IMG/VR virus record: IMGVR_UViG_3300021440_000005
Location: 1-56,416 of that record
From: a virus
Lineage: Duplodnaviria > Caudoviricetes
Reading direction: 5' to 3' (one strand)
Length of the DNA stretch: 56,416 bases
The stretch's first letter is position 1. Every line of letters begins with the position of its first letter. Below the pieces are notes generated by a model. The model saw only the letters and a program-made list of their open reading frames with translations. It was not told where the DNA came from and did not search any database. The position numbers were made by a program, and so were the translations under genes. Of this stretch, positions 31,056 through 38,794 are shown piece after piece.

Positions 31056-31442
31056 TTAGTCTTGTAAAGCTTTGGTATAAAATGAAAGGTCGATCTTTTT
31101 GTTATCCTCGACCTTCTCCTCTTTAATATTAATTGGTAGGTCGTTCACCGAGCAAAGCATTCTTGCTTTGTCCGTCAAATCTATTACGTTCGAAGAAATA
31201 TCCTCAATTTTTACTTTTTCAAGAATATCGCCATACATTTTTAATGACGTTAAAATTTTATTTAAGAGTGAAGGTGTTAACTGCTTTTTAGCTAATAAAT
31301 TAAACGCTTTCTCATGCGCGACTTGAACATCGTGTAAATTTCTCATCCGCATTAAAAAGGATAAGTTAGCCTCCTCGAACATTCTATTTTCGAGTAATTG
31401 CATGCGCATTGAATCGATAAGCATATTTTTGGAGGCAGTCAT
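31056..31442 (-). CDS. Hypothetical protein
   Basis: 128 aa ORF closely following the upstream gene. Confidence 0.6.
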   Translation of the reverse strand: MTASKNMLIDSMRMQLLENRMFEEANLSFLMRMRNLHDVQVAHEKAFNLLAKKQLTPSLLNKILTSLKMYGDILEKVKIEDISSNVIDLTDKARMLCSVNDLPINIKEEKVEDNKKIDLSFYTKALQD

Positions 31443-31445
31443 TTA

Positions 31446-31949
31446 TTACATCCCGTTAAATTTTGTTAGCCCGCGAATAGTTGAATATAGTACTTCGTCA
31501 AAGCATTCTGTTTTTAGTGACCATTCGAATTCTTCACAGAAATCAGCGTACTTTTTAAATATGGGGTGAGTTAATATTTCACGTTTCCAGACTGCAAAAC
31601 GTTCAACTTCAACCCGGAAGTCTTTGTTATCACGGATAAAAGAATACTCTGGTGGGTCTACAAACAAGAAAATAAATGTTTTTTTACAGGCAATAGGTTT
31701 CATTTCCTGGTTGTTTTGGACTACTGACAATTTGATGGGAACGTGTACAAAGAAAGGGAAGATTACATTATCGATTTCGCCTTCTAAACCAATGGGACGA
31801 TAGTTCATTGGCTCGACATATATTCCTTTATCAATTCTACTTATCAAGTGAGCCATGATTTGAAATCTTTGTTCTTTTGTAAATGCTGGCGCATTTTCGG
31901 CTACGTCTTGTTTATATTGATTTTCTGTTATTTCAGGTTTCTTCGACAT
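31446..31949 (-). CDS. Hypothetical protein
   Basis: 167 aa ORF with AGGA RBS. Confidence 0.6.
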   Translation of the reverse strand: MSKKPEITENQYKQDVAENAPAFTKEQRFQIMAHLISRIDKGIYVEPMNYRPIGLEGEIDNVIFPFFVHVPIKLSVVQNNQEMKPIACKKTFIFLFVDPPEYSFIRDNKDFRVEVERFAVWKREILTHPIFKKYADFCEEFEWSLKTECFDEVLYSTIRGLTKFNGM

Positions 31950-32005
31950 ATTTTCTTCCTATTATTATGGAAAAATAATATCACGTTTGGATTTTCTTAC
32001 ACTAG

Positions 32006-32068
32006 AAAAAAAGATAGTAGGGATTTTTCCCTACTAGAGCTTTACAGCACAAGGTGCTTTGTCGATAC
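32006..32068 (-). ncRNA. Candidate minimal tracrRNA
   Basis: Minus-strand RNA GUAUCGAC-AA-AGCAC.CUU.GUGCU-GUAAAGCUC-UAGUAGGGA.AAAA.UCCCUACUA-UC-U7; its 5' end can pair with the repeat start GUUAUAC; divergent from cas9. Confidence 0.65.
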
Positions 32069-32074
32069 AAAATG

Positions 32075-32103
32075 ATCATAAAACAAAATATCATGCTATG
32101 CAA
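32075..32103 (-). promoter_or_regulatory. Sigma70-like promoter for the tracrRNA candidate
   Basis: TTGCAT (32103-32098), 17 nt, TATGAT (32080-32075). Confidence 0.65.
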
Positions 32104-32111
32104 GATATTTC

Positions 32112-32139
32112 TTGAACATTTTTCAAACTAGTTTAAAAT
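32112..32139 (+). promoter_or_regulatory. Sigma70-like promoter for cas9
   Basis: TTGAAC, 16 nt, TAAAAT; TAAGGAG RBS before the ATG at 32181. Confidence 0.55.
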
Positions 32140-32180
32140 CACTCTAGATAATATGTTTTTTTTAAAAATAAGGAGTGTAA

Positions 32181-35100
32181 ATGAACAGTTTAGGTTTAAA
32201 AATATCATCTAATTTCGTTGCATATTCTCTAATACAAAAGGGGGAAGAGAATAAATTTCTTAGCACTGGTATACACATGTTTAAGGCTAATGAAGATCCA
32301 AAGCTTGGAGGTTCGCTTCAAATAGCCCGTTCTGGATTCAGAAGACGCCGTGCTTGGTTGAAGCGACGAATAAAGCGGTCGATTAATATTAGAAATATAT
32401 TCAAAACTTTAGGAGTTTCTACTTCTCCTAGTTCTGAAGAACTTAGAAAAGTTTGGGATTTGAGAGCAAAGGGATTGGACGAGAAACTTTCCATCCGTGA
32501 ACTTCAGATAATCATAGTTTACATGTCAAAAAAACGTGGGTATAAGTCCAACCGCCTTTCTAACTCACCAGCTAATGAAAATGGGAAGATCCTCGAAGCT
32601 ATTGCACGAACTAAAAACGAGATTAAAGAAGCTGGGGCTCGTACTTTTGGTGAGTTCCTGAAAGACAAACGTCAGAAGCGTAATCGTAAAGGCGAGTATT
32701 TGTTTTTCGCTGACAGAGAGATGATTGAAAATGAATTTGATTTGATTCTTGCTAAACAGCTTGAGTTAGGTTTAGAGGGCATAACTGAAGATCTTGTTGA
32801 GAAGATTCGTGAAGTATTGTTCTATCAAATTCCCATGAAGACTTTAGGTCACTTTGGTAAGAAATGTTACATTTACCCAGAAGAGAATGTACTTCACCGC
32901 GATACTTTTACTGCCAATATTTTTAATCTTTTGCGCAAAATTAATGACCTCAACATTTATCGATACAAACCTGAGTACGAAACCTACACACTTAACACTC
33001 GTCAGATCGGTGAGATTGTCCTCAAGGTATTTGATAAAAAAACTTTAACATATAAAGCTCTTAGAAAGATGTTAGGTCTTTCCATAGACTGGATAATTAA
33101 TATTGAAGAAGAAACTTTAGATAAATCTTTCTTTAATTTCACTTCTTTTCATGACTTATATCCCATATTCTCGAAAGTGGCATCATTTCCTTATGTTTTG
33201 GATAAGGACTCTCCTGAAGATATTTTAGATAACCCGAAAGCGATCAAATTCTATGACGAATTAATTAACTGTTTAGCCATTAACTTTGAACGAGATGAGT
33301 TACTGCATGAAGTTATTAAAGTCTTTGAAGACAATGGAGTTTCTGAATTTTTGGATCTTTATGACAAGGAAGAGGATGACGAGAAGTTTGATATTTATGA
33401 CATAGTTTCTTTAGAGAACTTCACTACTATGCATTCTCTTTCAAAGAAGGCCATGGAATTCTTTATAGAGCATTTCCAATATGGAAAAAGCTATGCAAGT
33501 ATTTTCAATGAACATTTCGCTAAAAACTCTGGTCTTGAAAAGTTGGTTAAGCTTCCACGTTTTGAAGAAACTAACAACTCTGTCATTAACCGAACTTGTG
33601 CCGAAGTACGTAAAGTTATTAACGCACTTAAGCGTGAGCATGAGATTGATGAAATTTATTTCTATTCAGTTCCTGATTTTGGATTAAACATGTCTGACAG
33701 ACGCCGATTAGCTTTCCTTGAGCGCGAACATAAGAAGGTCCGTACTTCACTGGTTGAGCTTTTGAAAGAGATTTGCATTAACGATCTTTCTGAAGAAACC
33801 ATTCAAAAGGCTGTGCTTTGGAAAGAGCAAGGTGAGCGTTGTATCTACACTGGTAAGTTTATAGCCCCAGATTTGCTAAATACTGATCAAGTTTCTATTA
33901 TTAATATTTTGCCTTATGGTGCTACTTTTGATAATAGCTCTGACAACAAGGCTCTCATTTATACTAATCATGACATTAAACGGAAGTCTAAATCCTTAGC
34001 TTTGTTAGCTAAAACAGACGAAAGGATCAATGCAGCTACATTCTTCTCTGATATTCAGAACATGTATAACGACAAGGTTTTGAGACATAAGAAGTATGAA
34101 CGATTGATGACCCTTGAGTTTGATGAAGCTGAGTTAAAACTAAAGAATCGTATGGATAACAGAGTAGTTAACCGAAGAATTATTAACCACTTCTCTTCAT
34201 ATCTTGTCCCACGCGAAAATGTCTTTTCAATTCGCAACAGTGTTGTTGATAACCTGAAAGAATATTTGTCTCTTAATCAATTAGAGTTTAAAGATTCTCG
34301 AGATAAAGTTGATTCAAAATACGAACATATCTTGGACGCAATGATTGTGAACTTCGCATCCAAAGACCTTCTTGAGAAGTCAGCTGCATATTTTGATTCA
34401 GTTGATAAGACGCAGGATTTCACTTATTCCGTGAGTTTTGTCGAGGAGTTAGAAAATGCAAAGATAAACCGTATGATTTCATGTGACGCTTCAGGTTCTT
34501 TGCATGGTAGCACGATTTACAAGCTCCCTAAGAAACTTCGTCACAAATACAAAGAAAATGAAACATTCATGTTATCAGTCAATGAATATTTGGATGAAGA
34601 GAACAGAATAATCAAACGTGTTCCACTTGAAACTATTGATAAAAAGAGCTTGAAAAATTTAGTGTGTAAGCTAGATCCAGGCAAACATTTATATTCAGAA
34701 ATCGTGAAACGTTTAGATAATGAGCCAGATCCAGAGAAGGCTTTTGTTGCCCCTATCTTCTTGAATGATAAGTTTAATCATCCAAAAAGAGTTAAAGAAG
34801 TTGAGATTTTCGTTGAAACACGTTCTGGAATTTTTAAACATCAGGGGGTTGCTGCTAACGGTGACTTCATACGTTTAGACTTGTTTAAGGACACGGATGG
34901 TAATATTTTGAGTTGTCCAATATATGCAATGGACGTTATTCGAGGTAAGCTACCTAATTTCCATATTACTGAAGATGGCTATGAACCGCTGAACTATACT
35001 CATAAGTTTTTGGCATCAATTAACAAAAACCAGAAGGTACTGTTTACGAAGACTAAGAAAGATTCGAAGATGGAAATCACTGGTTTTTTCCTGAACTACA

Positions 35101-35300
35101 ACCGTTCAAACAACGGCGTTCTGCTTACAGACATTATTGTTAAGACTTATAATCATCAGGGTGTATTGCAGGAAAAAGTAAGCATTCTTGAAAATGTCTT
35201 CTACTTGAAATCAGTTGATAATGTGCAGGTATTCCACTACGATATTCTAGAGTCTAAACACCTCATCGACTTTAAGGGTAACCAACCTCAATTCAAATAA
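32181..35300 (+). CDS. cas9: Type II-C Cas9 homologue with substituted RuvC and HNH catalytic residues (natural dCas9)
   Basis: 1039 aa. Intact Arg-rich bridge helix, WDLRAKGLDEKLS..KKRGYKSNR, N.VINR...VRKVINAL, LWKEQGERCIYTG and NG..IRLDLF....PIY motifs. RuvC-I is GLKIS (canonical GLDIG); RuvC-II is IYFYSVP (IHIELAR); HNH is SIINILP (EIDHILP); RuvC-III is YEHILDA (HHAxDA). Confidence 0.92.
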   Translation: MNSLGLKISSNFVAYSLIQKGEENKFLSTGIHMFKANEDPKLGGSLQIARSGFRRRRAWLKRRIKRSINIRNIFKTLGVSTSPSSEELRKVWDLRAKGLDEKLSIRELQIIIVYMSKKRGYKSNRLSNSPANENGKILEAIARTKNEIKEAGARTFGEFLKDKRQKRNRKGEYLFFADREMIENEFDLILAKQLELGLEGITEDLVEKIREVLFYQIPMKTLGHFGKKCYIYPEENVLHRDTFTANIFNLLRKINDLNIYRYKPEYETYTLNTRQIGEIVLKVFDKKTLTYKALRKMLGLSIDWIINIEEETLDKSFFNFTSFHDLYPIFSKVASFPYVLDKDSPEDILDNPKAIKFYDELINCLAINFERDELLHEVIKVFEDNGVSEFLDLYDKEEDDEKFDIYDIVSLENFTTMHSLSKKAMEFFIEHFQYGKSYASIFNEHFAKNSGLEKLVKLPRFEETNNSVINRTCAEVRKVINALKREHEIDEIYFYSVPDFGLNMSDRRRLAFLEREHKKVRTSLVELLKEICINDLSEETIQKAVLWKEQGERCIYTGKFIAPDLLNTDQVSIINILPYGATFDNSSDNKALIYTNHDIKRKSKSLALLAKTDERINAATFFSDIQNMYNDKVLRHKKYERLMTLEFDEAELKLKNRMDNRVVNRRIINHFSSYLVPRENVFSIRNSVVDNLKEYLSLNQLEFKDSRDKVDSKYEHILDAMIVNFASKDLLEKSAAYFDSVDKTQDFTYSVSFVEELENAKINRMISCDASGSLHGSTIYKLPKKLRHKYKENETFMLSVNEYLDEENRIIKRVPLETIDKKSLKNLVCKLDPGKHLYSEIVKRLDNEPDPEKAFVAPIFLNDKFNHPKRVKEVEIFVETRSGIFKHQGVAANGDFIRLDLFKDTDGNILSCPIYAMDVIRGKLPNFHITEDGYEPLNYTHKFLASINKNQKVLFTKTKKDSKMEITGFFLNYNRSNNGVLLTDIIVKTYNHQGVLQEKVSILENVFYLKSVDNVQVFHYDILESKHLIDFKGNQPQFK

Positions 35301-35311
35301 TTGCTAGTTTT

Positions 35312-35340
35312 CCCCTTCCTTAATAAGAAGGGGTTTTTTT
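35312..35340 (+). terminator. Intrinsic terminator after cas9
   Basis: ccccttc...gaagggg hairpin followed by T7. Confidence 0.75.
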
Positions 35341-35418
35341 CCTTGTTTGGATAAACACTTAAAGTATGGCAAACATTATTTATTACTCTTTTAGCAAATT
35401 TAAACATTTTAGATCCCC

Positions 35419-35874
35419 TTAGTGACATGTAAACGAATGATGTTCCTTGAAGGGTCGTTCGAGCTTAACGTCTTTATCTGGGGCGGAAATCACCGTCCGA
35501 CAAATCGTTACCCGGGACTTCTTAGTATTCTTCTTACTCATTCTTTTCCCATCAGCAATCAAGTTCTCTCTGAGCTCATATGTGTTGTGGGCAACTAGGG
35601 TCTCAAGCATTTCGTTGTCGATTTCAGTCATCTTGAACGTGTTTATGAAGTTTTCATATTCAAATTCATACTTGATTAAGGTATTAAAATTTTGTTTAAA
35701 AACAATCCCTATAAACACTGTCTTTGGATAGCCTTGAACGTCAATAACCCCAAACCTGATAGATACTTCTTTGAAGTGAAGATACTTGCCAACCAAACTC
35801 ATATAATCTTTAGGAGTAAAGTTCACATCCGGGTTATCAGTTAAAAACTTTTTTACATCCATTTCATTGTACAT
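35419..35874 (-). CDS. Hypothetical protein
   Basis: 151 aa; overlaps the stop of the upstream gene. Confidence 0.6.
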   Translation of the reverse strand: MYNEMDVKKFLTDNPDVNFTPKDYMSLVGKYLHFKEVSIRFGVIDVQGYPKTVFIGIVFKQNFNTLIKYEFEYENFINTFKMTEIDNEMLETLVAHNTYELRENLIADGKRMSKKNTKKSRVTICRTVISAPDKDVKLERPFKEHHSFTCH

Positions 35875-36967
35875 TTATTATTCCTTTTAAAATATTTCCT
35901 ATCGAGAACGCGGACGAGATATGATTTTTCGCGCGGCGCTCCTCGTTACTCATCTCATCAAGGCGCTGAGCATTTCGAATCCGATTCTGATAGTTCATTT
36001 TACGCAGGTAGTTTTTGGCTATGCAAGCGCAAAAGTTGAGGAAATGCTGATCGTTTTTGAATTCCTTATCTTTTATCTGCTGAGAAAACGTATTAATCAC
36101 ATAGTCGAAGGTTCGTTCAACTTTCGAGCAAAATGAACTGTAATTTCGTTTAGACCATGCGTTTTTAAATCTGATTTTCAAATTGTCCAGGTATTCTCGT
36201 TCGAGATGTTTATACTGCCAAGCCTTCTTCGGGGCTTGGAAAAGGTCTTTGTAGTATCGTTTCTTCTCCTCTAAGCTTTTTTTTCTCAAAACATATTTAA
36301 GAGTTTTGTTTAAATTTATAAATTTAATTAACTGTGCGACAAATTCATTTTTGTTATTCACAGCCTTGTTTTTACTTGGCTGTCGCAGCTTCATAACGTA
36401 CTTCGGAGCAAGACGGGTGATCTTAACTTTGAAGCCATTTCTTATCTCAACAGTCTGAGTTAAATATCCTTTTGTAATGAGTTTTTGGCAGTATTCAGAA
36501 ATTGTCTCTCGAGGAATGCCAATTTTCTTAGATATTTCCTGGTAAGATGGGAATTTAAGTGTCGAATAGGCTTGGTAAACGTATACCATATACAATTCCG
36601 CGACATTAATTGTCAGATCGGCTGGGATTTTAGCATTAATATAGACTCCTTGAGTTGGATTAGCGTATTTTTCTGCTAATTTTATAGCAGTATGCGCTTT
36701 TCCATTGAAAACCATAGAGATATACCCTTTTTTCTCGAGGTCATGGAGGTGTTTTTTAACCTGGCTAGTCAGTTGAGTCTTGGTTTTGCTCATATTCCAG
36801 CGTCTAGCGAGCGAAACTATAGGAATTACTCCCTGAAGTTGGATCATAGAAAGAAAAACCATGATCATTCGTTGCGTTTTAGACAGATTTTTGTCATTTA
36901 GCAAACTATTTTCAACGAATTTGAATTTTTCAGTTGACGAAGTGTTATGAAATGGTTTAGAAGTCAT
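35864..36967 (-). CDS. Winged-HTH protein, possible replication initiator
   Basis: Two HTH-like repeats (NLSKTQR...LHDLEKKGYI; FPSYQEISKKIGIPRETIS...LITKGYL); SIGNIL C-terminus. Confidence 0.6.
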   Translation of the reverse strand: MTSKPFHNTSSTEKFKFVENSLLNDKNLSKTQRMIMVFLSMIQLQGVIPIVSLARRWNMSKTKTQLTSQVKKHLHDLEKKGYISMVFNGKAHTAIKLAEKYANPTQGVYINAKIPADLTINVAELYMVYVYQAYSTLKFPSYQEISKKIGIPRETISEYCQKLITKGYLTQTVEIRNGFKVKITRLAPKYVMKLRQPSKNKAVNNKNEFVAQLIKFINLNKTLKYVLRKKSLEEKKRYYKDLFQAPKKAWQYKHLEREYLDNLKIRFKNAWSKRNYSSFCSKVERTFDYVINTFSQQIKDKEFKNDQHFLNFCACIAKNYLRKMNYQNRIRNAQRLDEMSNEERRAKNHISSAFSIGNILKGIINVQ

Positions 36968-37392
36968 GCAACAACGCCTTTCTTCTTCTGCTGCTGCTGC
37001 TTCTTGTTGTGCTTCTTGTTGTTAAGGTTCTTCTACTTGAAGTTCTTGTTGTTGAAGAAGTAAGGTTTAAAGCTTGGCGGCTAATATGTTGTAAAAAAAG
37101 ATCTTCCACCCTTAGTTTAACTACTGAGGGTTTTTTTATCTCTATATTTTGATTACAAGTATATAGCATCGATTTATTATTCTTATTTATAATATTTATA
37201 ATATTGATAAGAAAATTAACTTTTCTCATTTTTCCTGTTGACACAGGTTCGATAAATTCGTTATATTCAACTTGCATTAAGTTTTCCTCGATTCTAACCA
37301 GTCGGGGAATTTTCTTTTCCACGACCTAATTTCAAAAAAAAAGTTCAGAAATATTGTTATCAACCCAGTTTGATAAAGTCAAGGATATTAAT

Positions 37393-37989
37393 ATGCGTTA
37401 CGGATATATTTTGAGTACTAGGTTACCGAAGGATGCATTAGATCAAGAAAGAGTCTTGAAGGGGTGCGACTGTTACGAGATTTTAATTGAGTCTTTAGAG
37501 GACAATTTTTACTTACTTAGACGGTTCATTGCGAGTATGACACCAAAAGATGTTTTGATAGTATCACGAGCAAGTTCATTAGGTAACACTGCTAAGCAGA
37601 TTATCGAGCATATTACGTCACTTCTAGATAAAAATGGGCACATCATATCTATGGATGGGTTGTTAGATTCCCGCAAACCTGATTTTAAAAAGCAGCTGGA
37701 TGCTATGCTTGCTTTGGTAAACCAGATGCTGTATAGAAAGTTCGTCTATGCAAAAAAACCGAGACCTAAGAACTTAGAGCGTCTTCGTTACGCTTATAAG
37801 ACGTTAGAGCGACTTCCCATATTAATTAGAATGCTTAAAGAAGGTCAAACCTTCAATTTTATTTCATACAAGACTGGGTATGATATTAAAACCATGCAAA
37901 AACTCATCCATCATTTAAAAGAAGATGAAGATGGGTTAATGGAACTTTACAAAACTTTCTTAGCAAGGAAGAAGATGTTTAAAAGGTAA
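37393..37989 (+). CDS. Serine recombinase (resolvase)-like protein lacking the catalytic motif
   Basis: MRYGYILST in place of YARVS; DVLIVSRASSLG in place of DxLVVxKLDRL; C-terminal HTH. Confidence 0.65.
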   Translation: MRYGYILSTRLPKDALDQERVLKGCDCYEILIESLEDNFYLLRRFIASMTPKDVLIVSRASSLGNTAKQIIEHITSLLDKNGHIISMDGLLDSRKPDFKKQLDAMLALVNQMLYRKFVYAKKPRPKNLERLRYAYKTLERLPILIRMLKEGQTFNFISYKTGYDIKTMQKLIHHLKEDEDGLMELYKTFLARKKMFKR

Positions 37990-38087
37990 GAAATTCTGCA
38001 AAGTAGGATTTTCAAACTGACCCATTTTTTTACCCTCACTAGTATGATTTTCTCTTGACTGGTTTCAATTCTATGATATATTGGCGA

Positions 38088-38182
38088 AATAGTTGTTGTG
38101 TTACATCGTAAATATGTAAAAGCTAAGCCTTAGCTTAGCGAGACAGCCTGGGTGGGACTTATCCCACTTGGGTTGTTTTTTT
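38088..38182 (+). ncRNA. Small structured RNA 1 upstream of the CRISPR array
   Basis: TTGACT(38055), 16 nt, TGn-TATATT(38077) promoter; hairpins TTACAT/ATGTAA and GCTAAGC/GCTTAGC; long GC stem followed by a T-run. Confidence 0.55.
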
Positions 38183-38220
38183 CTATTGAATCCTTTTTTT
38201 CTAACAACTATACTATTTAT

Positions 38221-38293
38221 GAAACTTTTTTATTCATTCTGTTTCAATTTACGATCTCCTCAACCCCAGTTTTTCAAATTTCTGGGGTTTTTT
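38221..38293 (+). ncRNA. Small RNA 2 upstream of the CRISPR array
   Basis: TTGAAT(38186), 17 nt, TATACT(38209) promoter; AACCCCAG/CTGGGGTT hairpin plus T-run; contains repeat-like TACGATCT. Confidence 0.45.
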
Positions 38294-38325
38294 AATATCT
38301 TTGTTTAATTTTACGCTATAACGCA

Positions 38326-38757
38326 ATTATATGATCTAGAGATATCGGAAGGTAATATACCCGCCGAAGTTTATTACTGCAAACCCAACTGGTTATACAA
38401 TATAGAGATTTTAGTAGGTAATATACCTTCTAACATCCTTCATAAAGAGCTTTCACAGTTTTACGATATAGATATTTTAGTAGGTAATATACCGGGGGTC
38501 TTGGTGAAGTGAACTCAATTGCTTGTTATACGATCTAGAGATTTCAGAAGTTCAAATACCCCCTCATTAGTTATACGCGGGTCGATGAGTTATACGATCT
38601 AGAGAAAGTAGTAGGTAGTATACCCATAAAATGCGGATATATGTTACCACCTAGGTTATACAATCTAATGATTTTAGTAGGTAGTATACCTGAAGCCTTG
38701 AACTTGTCTCCGTCACTATGAGTTATACGATATAGAGATTTTGTTAAGGAGTATTCC
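38326..38757 (+). CRISPR. Degenerate type II CRISPR array: 7 x 36-bp repeats and 6 spacers of 28-31 nt
   Basis: Consensus GTTATACGATCTAGAGATTTTAGTAGGTAATATACC; repeats start at 38326, 38392, 38458, 38525, 38589, 38655 and 38722; each has 2-7 mismatches to consensus. Confidence 0.93.
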
Positions 38758-38794
38758 CTATAAATGGATCATTACTAGAGGAATTGATTATACA

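Noticed and set aside
32134-32154. Anti-repeat-like TAAAATCACTCTAGATAATAT in the cas9 leader as the tracrRNA
   Set aside because: Needs a gap, overlaps the cas9 -10 box and has no downstream hairpins or terminator
36957-37322. 121-aa ORF upstream of the Rep-like gene
   Set aside because: Low-complexity S/T/R translation, non-ATG start, and it crosses AT-rich promoter/terminator-like DNA
38362-38391. Spacer 1 self-matches (11 nt near 15321; 10 nt near 25978)
   Set aside because: Too short and not anchored at the seed end
38625-38654. Spacer 5 as a match to terL (54936-54966)
   Set aside because: Only the last 8 nt and first 5 nt match and a gap is needed; compatible with chance
38758-38786. 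Putative spacer 7 matching 3079-3090
   Set aside because: A 12-nt AT-rich internal match; not convincing
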